Below, piece after piece: positions 1 to 17,809 of a stretch of DNA of 64,000 bases. The notes under the pieces were generated by a model. That model did not search any database. It worked only from the letters and a program-made list of their open reading frames with translations, and was not told where the DNA came from. Both the position numbers and the translations under genes were made by a program. Source of the DNA: Zygnema circumcarinatum SAG 698-1b (Eukaryota > Plantae > Zygnematophyceae); the NCBI GenBank assembly GCA_037447605.1, contig CM074807.1:3670829-3734828 (forward strand), read 5' to 3'. How positions within the stretch are numbered: the stretch's first letter is position 1; every line of letters begins with the position of its first letter.

Positions 1-2832
1 TTGCCAAGTTGCAGCAGGTCACCATTGGATGGTTGTTCTGCTTCAGAAAGAGGGGAAGTTTCAGACACCGCTGAGAAAGAGGTTCCGTTGGATGCAACGT
101 CAGACTGGCTACATCCTCAACTTCACGGTGTTGGAATTTCCCCAACATTGGCTCCCTCTCGATCTTCCTCTGCAGTAGCTGCAGAGCTTCGAAGGCAATA
201 TGTCGATGGATTGGAGTTTGAATCAAGGAGGAGTGCGGCTTCGAACAGCTCCGTCGTTGCCGAACGAGACTCCTCTCTCTCTCCTTCTGGTTTAGAACAG
301 CTCCTTTCTTGCCCCCTGATTGTGAGAGCGCCATCTTCGACAGAGGGAGCATTCAGTGAGGGGTCGCGGAGTAGTGATATTGAAGCTTCTCAGCAGCCGG
401 CTAAAAGATGCGACTGTGCAGAATGTCAGGTTTCAGGATTGAATCTTCAGCATGCTGACTGGGCAGCCATGTCCAGCGTTTACAATGCGAATTCAACACT
501 ACATTCCTCTTCTTCCACAAGTCATAAAAGTGAGCAATCGGATGATTCAGAAAAGCATCCTCAGCAGTTACTTGCAGTAGCTTCTAGCCGCGAGACGCGG
601 CCCAAAGACATGTCGAACCGGCTCGCAGCTCTTGTTGAGAAGATAACTAAACCCCCACTTGAGTCAAATTCAGGTGTGGTGGTTCAGTTTCGGGGTTCAG
701 GAAGGAAGAATAGTGACGAGTCTGAAAGGCAAAAGGAAGCTGAAGGAGGACCCTTCCGAATTGCCTCAGAAGTGGACGCATGGATGAAGGCAAAGCAGGA
801 GGTGTTGACCTCAAGGAGAGAGGGAACAGTCCAATCCCTTCAAGTTCGCAGAGCTTGCAGGAAGCTGAGGAGACGGCGGCCGGCCATGGATGGAACTTTG
901 ACTCCTTCGGCTGCGACTAAAGTAGTCATGAATCCCTTTATGGAGCTCGCATTTCCTCCTGCGGCTGTAGTAGACAGTTTCAAAATTGTAGACAAGAGAA
1001 AGGGAGGGGACAGTACGCTTCGACAGCATCTTCTCTCGTATGCAGAGGCTGTGGCCACACACGATGAGGTATTAAACGCTGTTTAGATGTCTAAGCGTTT
1101 CGTGATTGGTTTGGGGGCTGCTGCATCAATCTTCCAAAAAGGGCTTATGAAGTTGCCGACATGAACCCTGTTCTCTGGCTAACAGACAGTTTGTATGCGG
1201 TGTTTGTAGGCTCGCATGAGATTCTTGTTGAAGCTGCTTAAAAAGGAGACTTCGTCACGAGGAACTACGATGCAGCGTTTGGCCTTCTTCTTCATGGAAG
1301 CTCTCACTGCCCGGGTAGCCAACACGGGAGCAGAAATATTCTTTAGCAAGTTGAATGTGCAGGCAGAGGTAAGCAGCATGCCCCCTTAACCCCCTGACCA
1401 TGCAGAAGGAGTACACTTTTCGCACGTCTCACATTCTCTCCTTCATCTCCATCCCTTCATTTCATCATCTTCACTCCCACCTTTGACGCACAGCCCCCTC
1501 TCTAAGCCCCTTCTCCATCCCCTCTACGAAAAGCTGGTTGCTTATTTCTATCCTTAACAACTGTGTGCAGGATATCGCTTTCGCTTTAGAAGCGGGAGCC
1601 TCCTGCACTCCGTACGTCCGACTCGCCTTTGAAGCCGCCAACGCTTCCATAGTTGACTCTGTGAGGGGAGAGAGGGCAGTTCACGTTGTCGATCTCGGAA
1701 TGTGGCAGGGGGGGCAGTTTGCCTCCATTCTCCGCCAGCTTGCAGCTCAGCCGGGAGGGCCCCCCAGTGTGCATCTGACATGTGTCGATGCTGCATGGAA
1801 TGCGAACCCCCTGAAGGAAGCGATGACAACTCGTCCGGCTGTGATTGGTAGAGATCTCACAAAGTTGGCAGCAAGTTTGGGGATTCCATTTGAGTTCAGT
1901 GTGGTGAAGACGCAGCTGGAAGAGCTTCAGCCGGAGATGATAAGGAGGGAGGCGGGGGAGGTGGTGGTGGTGACCAGCGCTATGAGATTGTCTTATCTTT
2001 ATGATGGAGGAGTGGTTCGGAGCAGTCCTCGCGATGCGCTTCTGCAGGTAATGATGCCTGGAGACGGCTTCATGGTTCATTATATTTCAGCAGTTTGCGT
2101 CTTTTCAATTTCACCTGTCTCATCTGATGATGTTTGATATGTGCTGCGAATGGCCTAGTTTTTTAATAGCCCACATGGGTTTTCTGATATGGTCTCTTGC
2201 TTTCCTGTCAGCACAAGCACTTAAAGGAAGTCTGTGAAGTCGGCGACTCGGTTGTTGACCCACAACTTTTTCACCGTTCCTCACCTGCTTGCTAGAAAAG
2301 ATAAATATCTCTAGGATATCTCTAGGATATTATATGTCCTTATCCTGAATTACTTTGCCGTGATTTTCCTTCTGTTGGTGTTGGGCAGCGGCTCCGCCTC
2401 CTCTCCCCTCATCGCATTGTGGTTGTCGAGTCGGATGCTGACCTGAACGGGCCCTTCTTTTTGGAGCGCTTTCGCGAGGCTCTGGATTACTTTGGTGCGC
2501 TGTTCGCATCTTTTGAAGGCATCGCTCTGAGAAGGGACGGCGCTGCACATTGGGAACGTTTGGCGAGAGACAAATTTGGACGTGATATTACGTCCGTTGT
2601 GGCGTGTGAGGGGGTCTTCAGAGTCATCCGTTATGAGAGGCTGAGCAAATGGCAGGCGCGGTTTGCTAGGCATGGCTTTAACAGCGTTCCTTGTGCGAGT
2701 CCGGAGCTGGTTCGCAGCTTAGAAAAGATGTTGGTCAGCTTTCCAGCGGGGTATTCTCTGCAGCCTCACGAAGGGGCCCTGCAAATCATGTTTCAGGAGC
2801 GGCCGATTTTATGTGTGTCGGTATATCAGTAG
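1..2832 (+). CDS. GRAS-family transcription regulator (4 exons: <1-1068, 1210-1368, 1571-2047, 2389-2832; 5' end probably upstream of the window)
   Basis: The spliced translation gives the LHRI region (LRQHLLSYAEAV...SRGTTMQRLAFFFMEALTARV), a VHIID-type motif (VHVVDLGMWQGGQF...GGPPSVHLT), a PFYRE-type region (PRDALLQ|RLRLLSPHRIVVVESDADLNGPFFLERFREAL) and a SAW-like C-terminus. GT-AG junctions are all phase 0 and in frame. Long Ser-rich N-terminus. Confidence 0.9.
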
Positions 2833-3784
2833 CTTTCGTTGGTTGGATTTTCGGTTGTTGCTGGAGTATGAAACATGTACGTTAGAATTTCTAAAATAGA
2901 AACGCACCTGTTAGTCATAACAACTTGTACATTTTATGAAGGCGGTTGGTAGCTTTAGGGGAAGCCCTGTGCGAAACATATTCCGTGAAGGAAAGTTCGT
3001 CTGAGAGAGTTTTAAAAAACAGACCGTGTCCGTGTAACGGCAGGTCTTCGGCACGTAGCACATCGTCATCCACTCCAAGAGATGGGTCGGAACCATGGGA
3101 TTTTTCCTGCTTAGAGAGCTCCTGCTATGCTAAGTTCCAGCGTACATCCAGGTTTCTGTTTAAAAAATAGAACGCCAGCTTTTATAATTGGCCAAGCACT
3201 TCGAGGGATTCATCTGCATTGATATTCCTTTCTCTTTCAAACAGCGTTTGCAAGCAGACGAGGGATTGGCAGCTGTGGGCAAAACTGCTTCGGTTCCCAT
3301 GTGACGTGTCATGCCTTGTGCTGTATGTGCAGCGCCTTCACAATACTGTAAGCTCAGTATGCCGAAACGCAGTAAAAGTTGCACAGCTAGCGCTGTAACA
3401 CACAGGGGAAAATATCGCTATGAAGTTGTTCCGGAAGCAGCGAAAGGGAAAAACAGTGCAATTTTCACAAAAGCAGTTTCTCTGCCACATTTCATTTGAC
3501 TTAAAAACTCTGAGACATTAACAGCACGCTGCCACATGAAACCCCAAACTACAGCTTACAACCTTAGCCGTGTCTGCATTTCCACAAAATGGCTACCAGG
3601 GGGTTCCCTGTACAGTGAGGGAAGGAAAGGGACAGGGAGAGCGAGGGAGAGGGAGAGGGAGAGGGAGAGGGAGAGGGAGAGGGAGGTGAGAGACGGAGAG
3701 GGCGAGAGAGGAGCAGCCCTGAGCGAGAGAGAGGGAAAGAACAACAACAGGGAGACGTGCGGCCCCTCTAAGGGAGCTGCCTGT

Positions 3785-9461
<5,677 letters not shown>

Positions 9462-9891
9462 AACCTGCAACACAGAAATCGATGAGTTTCCCTCCAAGCA
9501 AGCTGGCTCCTTAACACGAGCATGCAACGAACAGAAGCCAGTGCAATACCAGAGAAACGAGCCAGCATAGCAAGAAACTCTCACAAGGAACCACCAAGAA
9601 CTCTCAAGCAATCCACCGCCGGTCTCGATGTTCAAGATTCATGACTTCCAGCATCCCCCTTCCAATCCTGGCGAGCCCTCACTGAACCTGCCGTTCTGAA
9701 GCAGCCATGCAGCCAGGCCCCGCCGCCACTGCATTCCCTTCCCTTCTCTTCCCTTCCCCTCCCTCCCTGAGCCCTCCCTCACCTGCAAGCCGGCGCGGAC
9801 GGAGCCACTCCTTCCCTGCCTCCTGCACAAATGGCTCCTTGCCAACAGAAATTGGGTCCAGTCAAGCTGCACCTCCGCCCGCCAAGGGCAT

Positions 9892-9934
9892 GCCACGTGG
9901 CGGATGAAAGCTCGCTGCCCGACCGCCACGTGGC
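9892..9934. promoter_or_regulatory. Two palindromic G-boxes (GCCACGTGGC) upstream of LACS
   Basis: Perfect GCCACGTGGC at 9892-9901 and 9925-9934. Function is inferred only. Confidence 0.4.
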
Positions 9935-10142
9935 GCAAACGCCACGTCAAGTCCTACGAAGGGTCGTAGCAAGTGCGTGCCGTGAACCGTCCGTACGGTT
10001 ACTGGGCAATTGTCCGTACAGCACGAATGTCGTACAAGGTAACCGACCGCCATCGTCGGGCACCGATTCCGTTGCGGTGCGGAAGGCTCCGTCCTGTACG
10101 GACCATAGGAACCGTACGTGTCTGGCTGGAGATAAATGGAAA

Positions 10143-10306
10143 GGGTAGTGCTAAATTCACACCTTTTTTGTCTAGACACAGGCCTTTTTTCGCCGGGCAG
10201 ATTTTAAAATAGACCAAAAATGATTAAAAACAGAAAATGCTTTGTTCACACCTTTTTGGAATCGATACAGCCCTTGTTCCGTCGGGCAGATTTTATTTCA
10301 CAATCC
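10143..10306 (+). repeat. Left long terminal inverted repeat (~164 bp, starts GGGTAGTGCTAAATTCACAC)
   Basis: Reverse complement of 18614-18776 with about a dozen differences by manual alignment (~90% identity). Contains two internal ~50 bp sub-repeats ending GGGCAGATTTTA. Confidence 0.85.
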
Positions 10307-10375
10307 TTCACGCCCGTGTGGTGATTCCGTACCACACTATTCCATTTGGAGAATGATAACCCGTTCCCCCCATTA

Positions 10376-10508
10376 GGGCGTGTCAGACTTAACGAAATCT
10401 TACGAACAAAAAAGTTTTGTAAGTACTCCGCCGCACCAGGATTACGATGTCACCGAAGTACTCGTTCTGGTCTCAAACTTACGAGAGTTTTTTAAGTCTG
10501 ACACGCCC
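10376..10508. mobile_element. MITE family A, copy 1 (TA-flanked)
   Basis: TIRs GGGCGTGTCAGACTTAA / TTAAGTCTGACACGCCC with TA on both sides. The body is highly similar to 18436-18565. Confidence 0.8.
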
Positions 10509-10513
10509 TATTA

Positions 10514-10713
10514 GGGGGAGTCAGACCTTGACCATCGCCAAGCGATTTCGTAAGCCTGTCGGGCAAATTAAGCATTGACTAGGTACTGTACGCATTTCGG
10601 TACGGCTGTGTACGGCGGAGCCGCGGATCCCGAACCGGAATTCGTACACGAAAGAAGTGACTTGTATAAGGAATTCGGGAATTTCGTAAGCGATGATCAA
10701 GGTGTGACTCCCC
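10514..10713. mobile_element. MITE family B (TA-flanked, TIR related to family A)
   Basis: GGGGAGTCAGACCTTGACCATCGC versus the reverse complement of GCGATGATCAAGGTGTGACTCCCC (2 mismatches in 24 bp), with TA flanks. Confidence 0.7.
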
Positions 10714-11540
10714 CTATTTTGGATACCCCCTCCCCCTGAATTTTGTTGAGAGACCGGAAGATCCGTCCGAATCGCAAGTGCGAGTGAGCTCGTTCCTCGG
10801 CCCGAGATCTCCGCAAAACAACGAGCTGGACCGGCCAGCCTGTGGAAATAATGAAGCCAATCACCATCTGCCACGTGTCCTTCTGTATGACGTAGCAAAT
10901 TGTGATTGCTCCAGGCTCTCAATGTTTAACGGTATTTCGCATTTCCTCGAAGCTGCGACCATATGACTTTGGAACGGACTCGATTCAGTTACAGTACAGG
11001 GTAGTCGCGTTATAGTGACAGTTTTTATAATGACAAAATGGTACCCGACGTTTTTTCCGGGAAACGGAATTGCACCACTGCAGATCCTGCGCCAGTAGTG
11101 ACGTCAAAACGGATATAATGACATTTGAAAAGCCCTCATTGTCCGATTGTCGCGATGGCCTCGCCATCGCGAGTTCAATGAAATTTCCCCCTCATTGTTA
11201 CTATGTATTCATATATATATATATAAATATAACCTTACCTGATCTATTTTTCAATTCAAAACCTGTTAATCGAAACGGCTTTCGAACATGGTCACGCTAT
11301 GACTCTGTACGGTAGTCACGCATAAAATCTCTAAATCGTACGGTTTGTGTACGGCACCAATAGGAGCTCGTGTAGTTATACTCATGTGTGTTGGTCTACA
11401 GTGAGAAATATCTGTAATAACATTGTCACTATACCTGTAAAGTGACAAATGGGTCAAAGGGGTGTGCATGGAGATTTAATGTTTTTACTTTTTAGGTTTT
11501 CCGGGTGGTTTGGTCAAGGAGGTGGAGCTGATGTTGGGAT

Positions 11541-11588
11541 CACGGAATCACGGAATCACGGAATCACGGAATCACGGAATCACGGAAT
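11541..11588. repeat. Tandem repeat (CACGGAAT)6
   Basis: Six perfect 8-bp units. Confidence 0.9.
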
Positions 11589-12250
11589 GCAAGAAGAAGT
11601 CTAACGCAGTGAATCATGAAACCAAAATTATTTACAGAGGTGGATCAAAGGGCAGATTCAACGGAGTTGAATTTTGCTTCATGGTAGCACTGTCACAGTG
11701 GACCTCCATCCACATGATGGTTTTAATCAACGTGTTCAATCTACTTGTTATAAAATTCATAAATTTTATTTAATCTCAATTTGATTCACAATTTAATTTC
11801 GTATATTAAGCTGTTGGCATTATAATTGTGGATTGGAATTGATCTTGAAAAAAAAAAAAAACCAAGTCATGTTACATTGAGGGCGGGACTCCCTGCGTTT
11901 ACATTCAACCGATCAAAAAAAAGGCCCTTCAACAGCCGAAGCCAAAGTCCTGAAAGAAAATGAATTAATGCACCGAATGCTGGCCAGCCCCTCGTCTACT
12001 TCTGTGCGCCTATTTACAGTCCTCTGATAAACCGTTCTGTGGGCCTCCCTCCCTCCCCTCTCTCTCTCTCCCACTTCTGTCCCTCTCCCTTCCTCTCCGT
12101 CTCTTCCCTCTTCTCCCATTCCTCTACTTCCACCCCCATCTCTCACACCTCCCTCTTCTCTCTCCTACACTTTCTCCTCACCCCCCACCTTCACTTCCCC
12201 ACCTTTTGCTCCCCGCCTATCTCCCTCCACCTTCTCTTCCTCCTCCCTCT

Positions 12251-12375
12251 CCACTCCCTCCACCTTCACTCCCTCGTCCGCCTTCTCTCCGTCTCCCTCT
12301 CCACTCCCTCCACCTTCACTCCCTCGTCCGCCTTCTCTCCGTCTCCCTCTCCACTACCTCCACCTTCACTCCCTC
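12251..12375. repeat. CT-rich 50-bp minisatellite within a larger low-complexity tract (~12040-12600)
   Basis: 12251-12300 and 12301-12350 are identical, followed by a partial third unit and degenerate copies. Confidence 0.8.
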
Positions 12376-12600
12376 CACCTTCACTCCCTCCTCCGCCTTC
12401 TCTCCCGTCCTCCCTCTACACTACCTCCACCACTCCCTCCTCCCCCTTCTCTCCCTCCTCCCTCTCCACTCCCTCCACCTTCACTTCCTCCTCCATCCTC
12501 CCTACCTCCTGAACCTTCTCTCCCTCCTCCCTCTCTACTCCCTCCACCACTCCTTTCTCCACCACTCCTCCCTCCACCTTCACTCCATTCTCCATCTTGC

Positions 12601-15600
12601 CTACCTCCTGTTCTCCTTGGGCACAAGTCCCAACACTTCCATCATCAACGGGTCATACCGCCTCTCTCTCGCGTGCTCCGAAACTCCCTCCTGCCGCGAA
12701 TTCCGGAAATTTGCGCTCTCTCTCTGCAGCCCTCTCTTAAATTCCAACATCGCTTCAAACTGGTTCTTCCGAAAGCTCTGCCTTCTCTCCTCCTCGTCCT
12801 TTTCGTACCTTGCCAACTCCACGGTGAGATCATTTCCCTCTTTCAGAGACACTTCATACACTCGCAGCTCTTCCTCAAGCTCCTCTTCGTCTCTCCTGCC
12901 AACAAAAAAGACAAATCCAACGCTTTGAGGAGTACATAAACCGAATCCCTTGCAAGGTTTGCTGAACAGCAGCTATCTTTCGGTCACAAATAACTTCATA
13001 AAAGATGTCTTTATCGAAAAATAAAGACAACGCAACACTCCCTGGTCTCCGATGAAGCTCACCCATTCGAACCCTCACACTTTCCCTCTCTCCCTTTCCT
13101 CCGCTTTGCACACCTGCTTTGCTCCTCCTTCGGCATGGGACTTCCCGCTCCGTCTCTCCCTCCTCCTATGGTCGGATGGGGGGAAGAGTTTCTCTGCTGA
13201 AGCTTCTTCTCCATCTCACGCTTCACTTGGTCAATCTTCTTCTTCGTCTCCTCCTCCGAGTACTTCATTTGCTCTTCGAAAATCAGTTCCATCTCCTTGA
13301 CCTGAACCACCCGGAAAACCTAAAAACATTAAATCTCCATGCACACCCCTTTCATCCTCCGCTATCCACTCATGGCCCTCCCTCTTCCCCTTTTTCCCTC
13401 TCTCCCTCCCTCCCTCCCGCCCTCCCCTCCACTCACCATTTTCTTGTTCTCCCTCTCACGCTTCGAAAATATGTCTCGCAGTGCCTTCACCTCCTCCGCT
13501 TTCCCCTGAAGCTTCTTCGACAACTTCTGAATGTGATTTTCCACATTCATACTCTGCTCCTTGAGCTGCTCATTTTCCGCGATCGTAACATGAAGGTTCA
13601 GCTGAAGGTGGCGGGCTCTCTCCGCATCCAACTGGGCCTGCTGCATGGGAATCTCTACTACCTCCTTCCACTTGCAGAGAAGGGCCTTAACAGCAGATTT
13701 GCCTGCGGGTGAGAGAAGAAAACAGAGCAGAAGGAGGAGGAGGTGGAGGAGGACGAGGAAGGGTAAGATGAGGATGAACATGGAACTTTAGGATCGAAGG
13801 TAGGGAAAGGTAGGATTGCTTGGTACCTCTCTCTACTTCCTCCCTTTCTACCCTCCCCCCTCCCCCCNNNNNNNNNNCCTCACCCAAGTGCTTGTTGAAA
13901 CCCTCCAGGTCGTCCAGCGTGGCCAGCCATCCGTACAGGATGACCTTCCCGTCCGGGCCCACTTGCCGGCCCGAACCCTTCCTCAGCCACGCGCTGCGCC
14001 CTCTGTTCTCTTCGTTGAAGAGCACACTCAGCCGCACTGCCTCGTTGTAGCCCTCATAGCGGGGCTCGAATATGAGGAGGGAGAGGCCGCGGTGGCCCTA
14101 CAAAGGACGAGAAAAGGAAAGGAATTCGAGCAACGATTGGGGGGGCATAAGGGGCTTTGGATTCGTGTTTTTCGCGTTTGTGGGGTTTGATTTGTGTGCA
14201 AGAGTTAGACGAGAGTGTGGATTTGTATGGTTTCGGGGGGTTTTAGGTGTACCTCTGGGCCGTATGAATGCTTTCGTCGCTGTATGTGTTTGAAGGACTT
14301 GAAAGTGTCGTTAAGTTCCTCGTTGCCCATTCCAATCCACTGTTCGCACCAGAAAACAAAGAACGAAAGAAATATATATTAAGGGAGATGGCGGGCTAGA
14401 GATGGGGCGGGGACAAAAACAAGCGGAGAAAGAAAGAGAGAGGGTGGGGGAGAGAGTGGGAATGAATTGGAGAGCGAAAGAGGGGGAGGGAGGGGAAAGA
14501 GTGGGAGAAGACGAGCGCAGGGGAGGGATGTGAGCGAGGGCGCGAAAGGGAGGGGTAAAGGGGGGAGGGGCACTAAGGGGGAGAGAGAGGGAGAGAGAGA
14601 GAGAGAGAGAGAGGCGGACCTTATCCCCATCATGGTGCGAGCGTGTATCGACCACAATCACAATGGGAGGCCAAACCACCATCTTCTCCCTCTCCTTGGG
14701 TGCCTGCTCCCCCGGAGCACTCCACCGGCCTTGTGGCTCAGAGCTGAGGATGGTCAATCCCCTCCTCTCCAGCACTGCCTTCATATCCACAGCCAACTTT
14801 CGGTGCTCCCTCTCCCTCCTCTTCGTAAAAGTGGAAGCGTGGAGGGCGAGGGCAGAGAGGCTTGCATACCATTTGGTCTCTCCCCGCCCTCCTAAACACA
14901 ACTTACATTTCCATTCCCTCCCCACCTCGTCTGCCAGCTCGTTCGTAGTATAAACGGACTCCAGCTTCATCAGAAACTCCGACACCGCTTTGCTGTGCTT
15001 GCCGGAGTCTCTCCCTTCCGCTGCCACACTCGCCGAATGGATGTCCAAATCCTCATCACTATCAAACACTAAAGGATCGTCCTCCTCGTCTTCGTCGTCA
15101 CTCAGAATTCGGCCCAAGCTCTCTCTCTCACCGTCTTCCTCCTCTCCTCCAGCTTCCTCCTCTCCGTTCTCTCTCCCGGTCCTTTCCCCCGAAGGCCTTG
15201 TTGAGCTCAAACTCTCGACCTCCAAGGGGTCGAATTCGCACACCCATTTTCCCGTTCTAGCAGATTTCTGCATGTCCCATGGAACTGTTGTTCCTGCAGA
15301 AGACAATCCGTGGGCCGATTCCTCTATGAAGGATTCCGGAAACTGATATTCTGACTTCTCTTCCCATGCATTATTTTGTTTACTAATCCTGTTGTTGTTC
15401 TTGTTCCCTCCCCTCCTTCCTCTGGCAGTTTTTGTCTCCCTCCCCTCCTCCAACCCCTCTCCCTCTGCTCTCGCATACTTGGGCTCCCACCCAGGGCCTC
15501 CTCTGGGAACAGGAAGCTCAAGACTGCCCCCACTGCTGACTGAACGCCTATCTGCCTCCATGGCTGCGCAGTTTCCTGCAGGAAAATACGTGTTATTAAG

Positions 15601-16586
15601 AATAGCCGACCAGCTTCCTTCCGCCGAGACTTTCCCTCCAGACCCAAAGCTCCCGACGGGAGAAACACTCCCTCTCCCTCTCCCTCTGCCTCTCCCTCTT
15701 CCCGCCTCTCCCTCCCTTTCCGTCCTTCCAGCCTCCCCCCATCCATCCTTCGCTTCATTGCCGGCCCATGGAGAGGCTGCAGGCTCTTGACCTTTCCTCC
15801 CTCTTCCACTCCCTTGGCCCTCCTCCCTTACCAGTGCTGAACCCCGGCCTCTCCCTCCCTTACCCCCCCAATGGGAGGGAGGGGGAACAAGGGGCTTAAC
15901 CCCGAAATCCTCTGAGGATAAGCTGCCCTCCCCATCTGTTCCCCAATAATTCCTCCAGCTCTCTTCCACCTGAGATCGTGACATCCCCCATGTTCCCTGC
16001 TCCAACGGGCTCCCGTTTGAAGGAATGGACTCTGCGGGAAGTCGCATAGAACCCCTTGGTTGCGTGGCAGGGCCATTCCCTCCCGTTGAATGCGTTCCAT
16101 GTGGTGGAATTTCTTGAATTTTTTTCTCCGGTGCCTCCCTCCAAAAGCCCCATCCCTTTCCACTGCTGCTGAACAGAGTGCTCGAACCCGAGTTCATGGA
16201 AATATGCGGCTCGGTTTTAGGGTTTGGTTCGCCCCACCCCGTCGCAATTCCGGCGGACCTTTGGACGGAATTACGGGCAGAGCTTTGGACGTAATTAGAA
16301 ACGGAGTTCGGAACAAAATCATGAGCCGAGTTCTGAGTGGAATCTTGAGCAGAACTATGCGGAAAAGCTTCCACGTTCATGGATTCCTCAAGAGGAGCAT
16401 CCTCCCATCCAGTGATCTTCCCCCACCTGGTCTTTACCGGAACCTTTCCGGGCGGCCATGTTCTCCTTACCTCTGCCTCAGCACTACAAGTACCCCCCAC
16501 TTCAGCAGCAGGAGGAGGAGGAGGAGGAGGAGGAGGAGGAGGAGGAGGAGGAGGAGGAGGAGGAGGAGGAGGAGGAGGAGGAGGAG

Positions 16587-16621
<35 letters not shown>

Positions 16622-16640
16622 GGAAGAGGAGGAGAACGAG

Positions 16641-16675
<35 letters not shown>

Positions 16676-17187
16676 GGAGGAGGGAGAGAGGGAGGGAGAG
16701 GAGGGCGAGGGGGACCTGAGCCCCCGTCCTCCCACCCCTTCCCAATGTATGGCGGCTCCATGTCCGACCGCGAGGCGCTGTCCCTTCCCCCATGTGTCAG
16801 CCCCTTCCCATAGTCGACGCTCTCTCCGCTGTCGGACACCACGCTGCCCCAATGGTGCTTTCTGGTCGGATCCATGGCCATGGCCACGCGGGACACCCCC
16901 CATCCGGAAGCCCATGCATCCGCTCCGCCCTGGCTGAGGCCCTGGCTGGCACCTGCAGGAGGAGGCGGAGAGGGAGAGGGAGAGGGAGAGAGAGGAAGAG
17001 GGTAGCCATGGAGGCTTCCTCCAGCTCCACCTCCACCTCCCCATCCCTCTCCCCTTCCCAACCCTGCTCCTGCTCCTGCTGCTGCTCGTTCTCCTGCCCC
17101 TGCTCCTGCGTCTGCTCCTCCTGCTCCTCGTCCCTTACCTGTCGTTCCCTTACCTTTCGCTTTTCTAGGAAAAACTGAAGAAGCCAT
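12601..17187 (-). CDS. SGS3: SUPPRESSOR OF GENE SILENCING 3-like protein (GW/WG-rich N-terminus, zf-XS, XS domain, coiled coil)
   Basis: zf-XS WKCKLCLGGRGETKWYASLSALALHASTFTKRREREHRKLA. XS domain VVWPPIVIVVDTR...|WIGMGNEEL...RKHSYGPE|GHRGLSLLIFEP...LYGWLATLDDLEGFNKHLG. Downstream coiled-coil exons. Exon 1 is 17187-14620, exon 2 14339-14253, exon 3 starts 14097, and the last exon ends at TAG 12601. A 10-N gap lies in an intron. Confidence 0.85.
16511..16681. repeat. (GGA)n/(GAA)n trinucleotide tract encoding the polyproline run of the SGS3-like protein
   Basis: Near-pure GGA repeat; the minus strand reads CCT/CTT codons in the SGS3 frame. Confidence 0.9.
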
Positions 17188-17809
17188 GCAATCTGGAGGG
17201 GGCAGCCGGAGAGGGGGCAAGAGCGAGAGGAGAGGGAGAGTGGGGGAAGGAGAGATGGAGAGGGAGAGAGAGAGGGAGGGAGAGAGGCAGGGAGGGAGGG
17301 CGCGTCTCCCTCTTGAGAGGGAGCTGCAGCTTAGCAGAAAATCAAGAAATTTGCAGATAAGCAAAACCTTCTCCGGGGAAAATTTCATGACTTATTTCCC
17401 CCCTCTTTCTCCTTTCTCTCTCTCTGACTCCCCTCTCTCCGTCCTTTCAAATTACTTTTTTACCGCAAATTTCCGACTTATTGCTCTCCTGCCCTTCCTC
17501 ACGGTCCGTCCTTCAAGAGACGCCGCCCTCTGCATGTTTCAGCAGCTTTCTAAATCTTTTTAGCCCAAAGAAATCCCAACTCTCGCGCTTCCCTCCTCAA
17601 TTCAGTCCATGCTTGCATGTATTCACCCCGCCCGCCGGCGCGAATGCATGCGCCTCTGACTAACTGGCGCGCTCCCTGCGCGTGCGAAGTCTGCCCGACC
17701 AATCAGCGCGCGACATAGGACAAAAAAATGCGTTTCGCACTTGATCGAAGGACGAAGCAGCCAATAGGAGGCGACCGAGCCCTGGAGGTTTCCACAAAAT
17801 AAACTATAA

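Noticed and set aside
10996-11440. Possible pogo-like MITE (TACAGGGTAG... / ...TATACCTGTA) and hairpin CGCGATGGC-CTC-GCCATCGCG at ~11150
   Set aside because: Candidate TIRs match at only about 12/16. There is no CTRR end after the hairpin to support a Helitron.
12039-12928. Long Pro/Ser/Leu/His-rich ORFs
   Set aside because: Products of the CT-rich minisatellite downstream of SGS3, with no domain signal.
16090-16937. Plus-strand poly-E, poly-R and poly-G ORFs
   Set aside because: Alternative-frame readings of the GGA repeat antisense to SGS3 exon 1.
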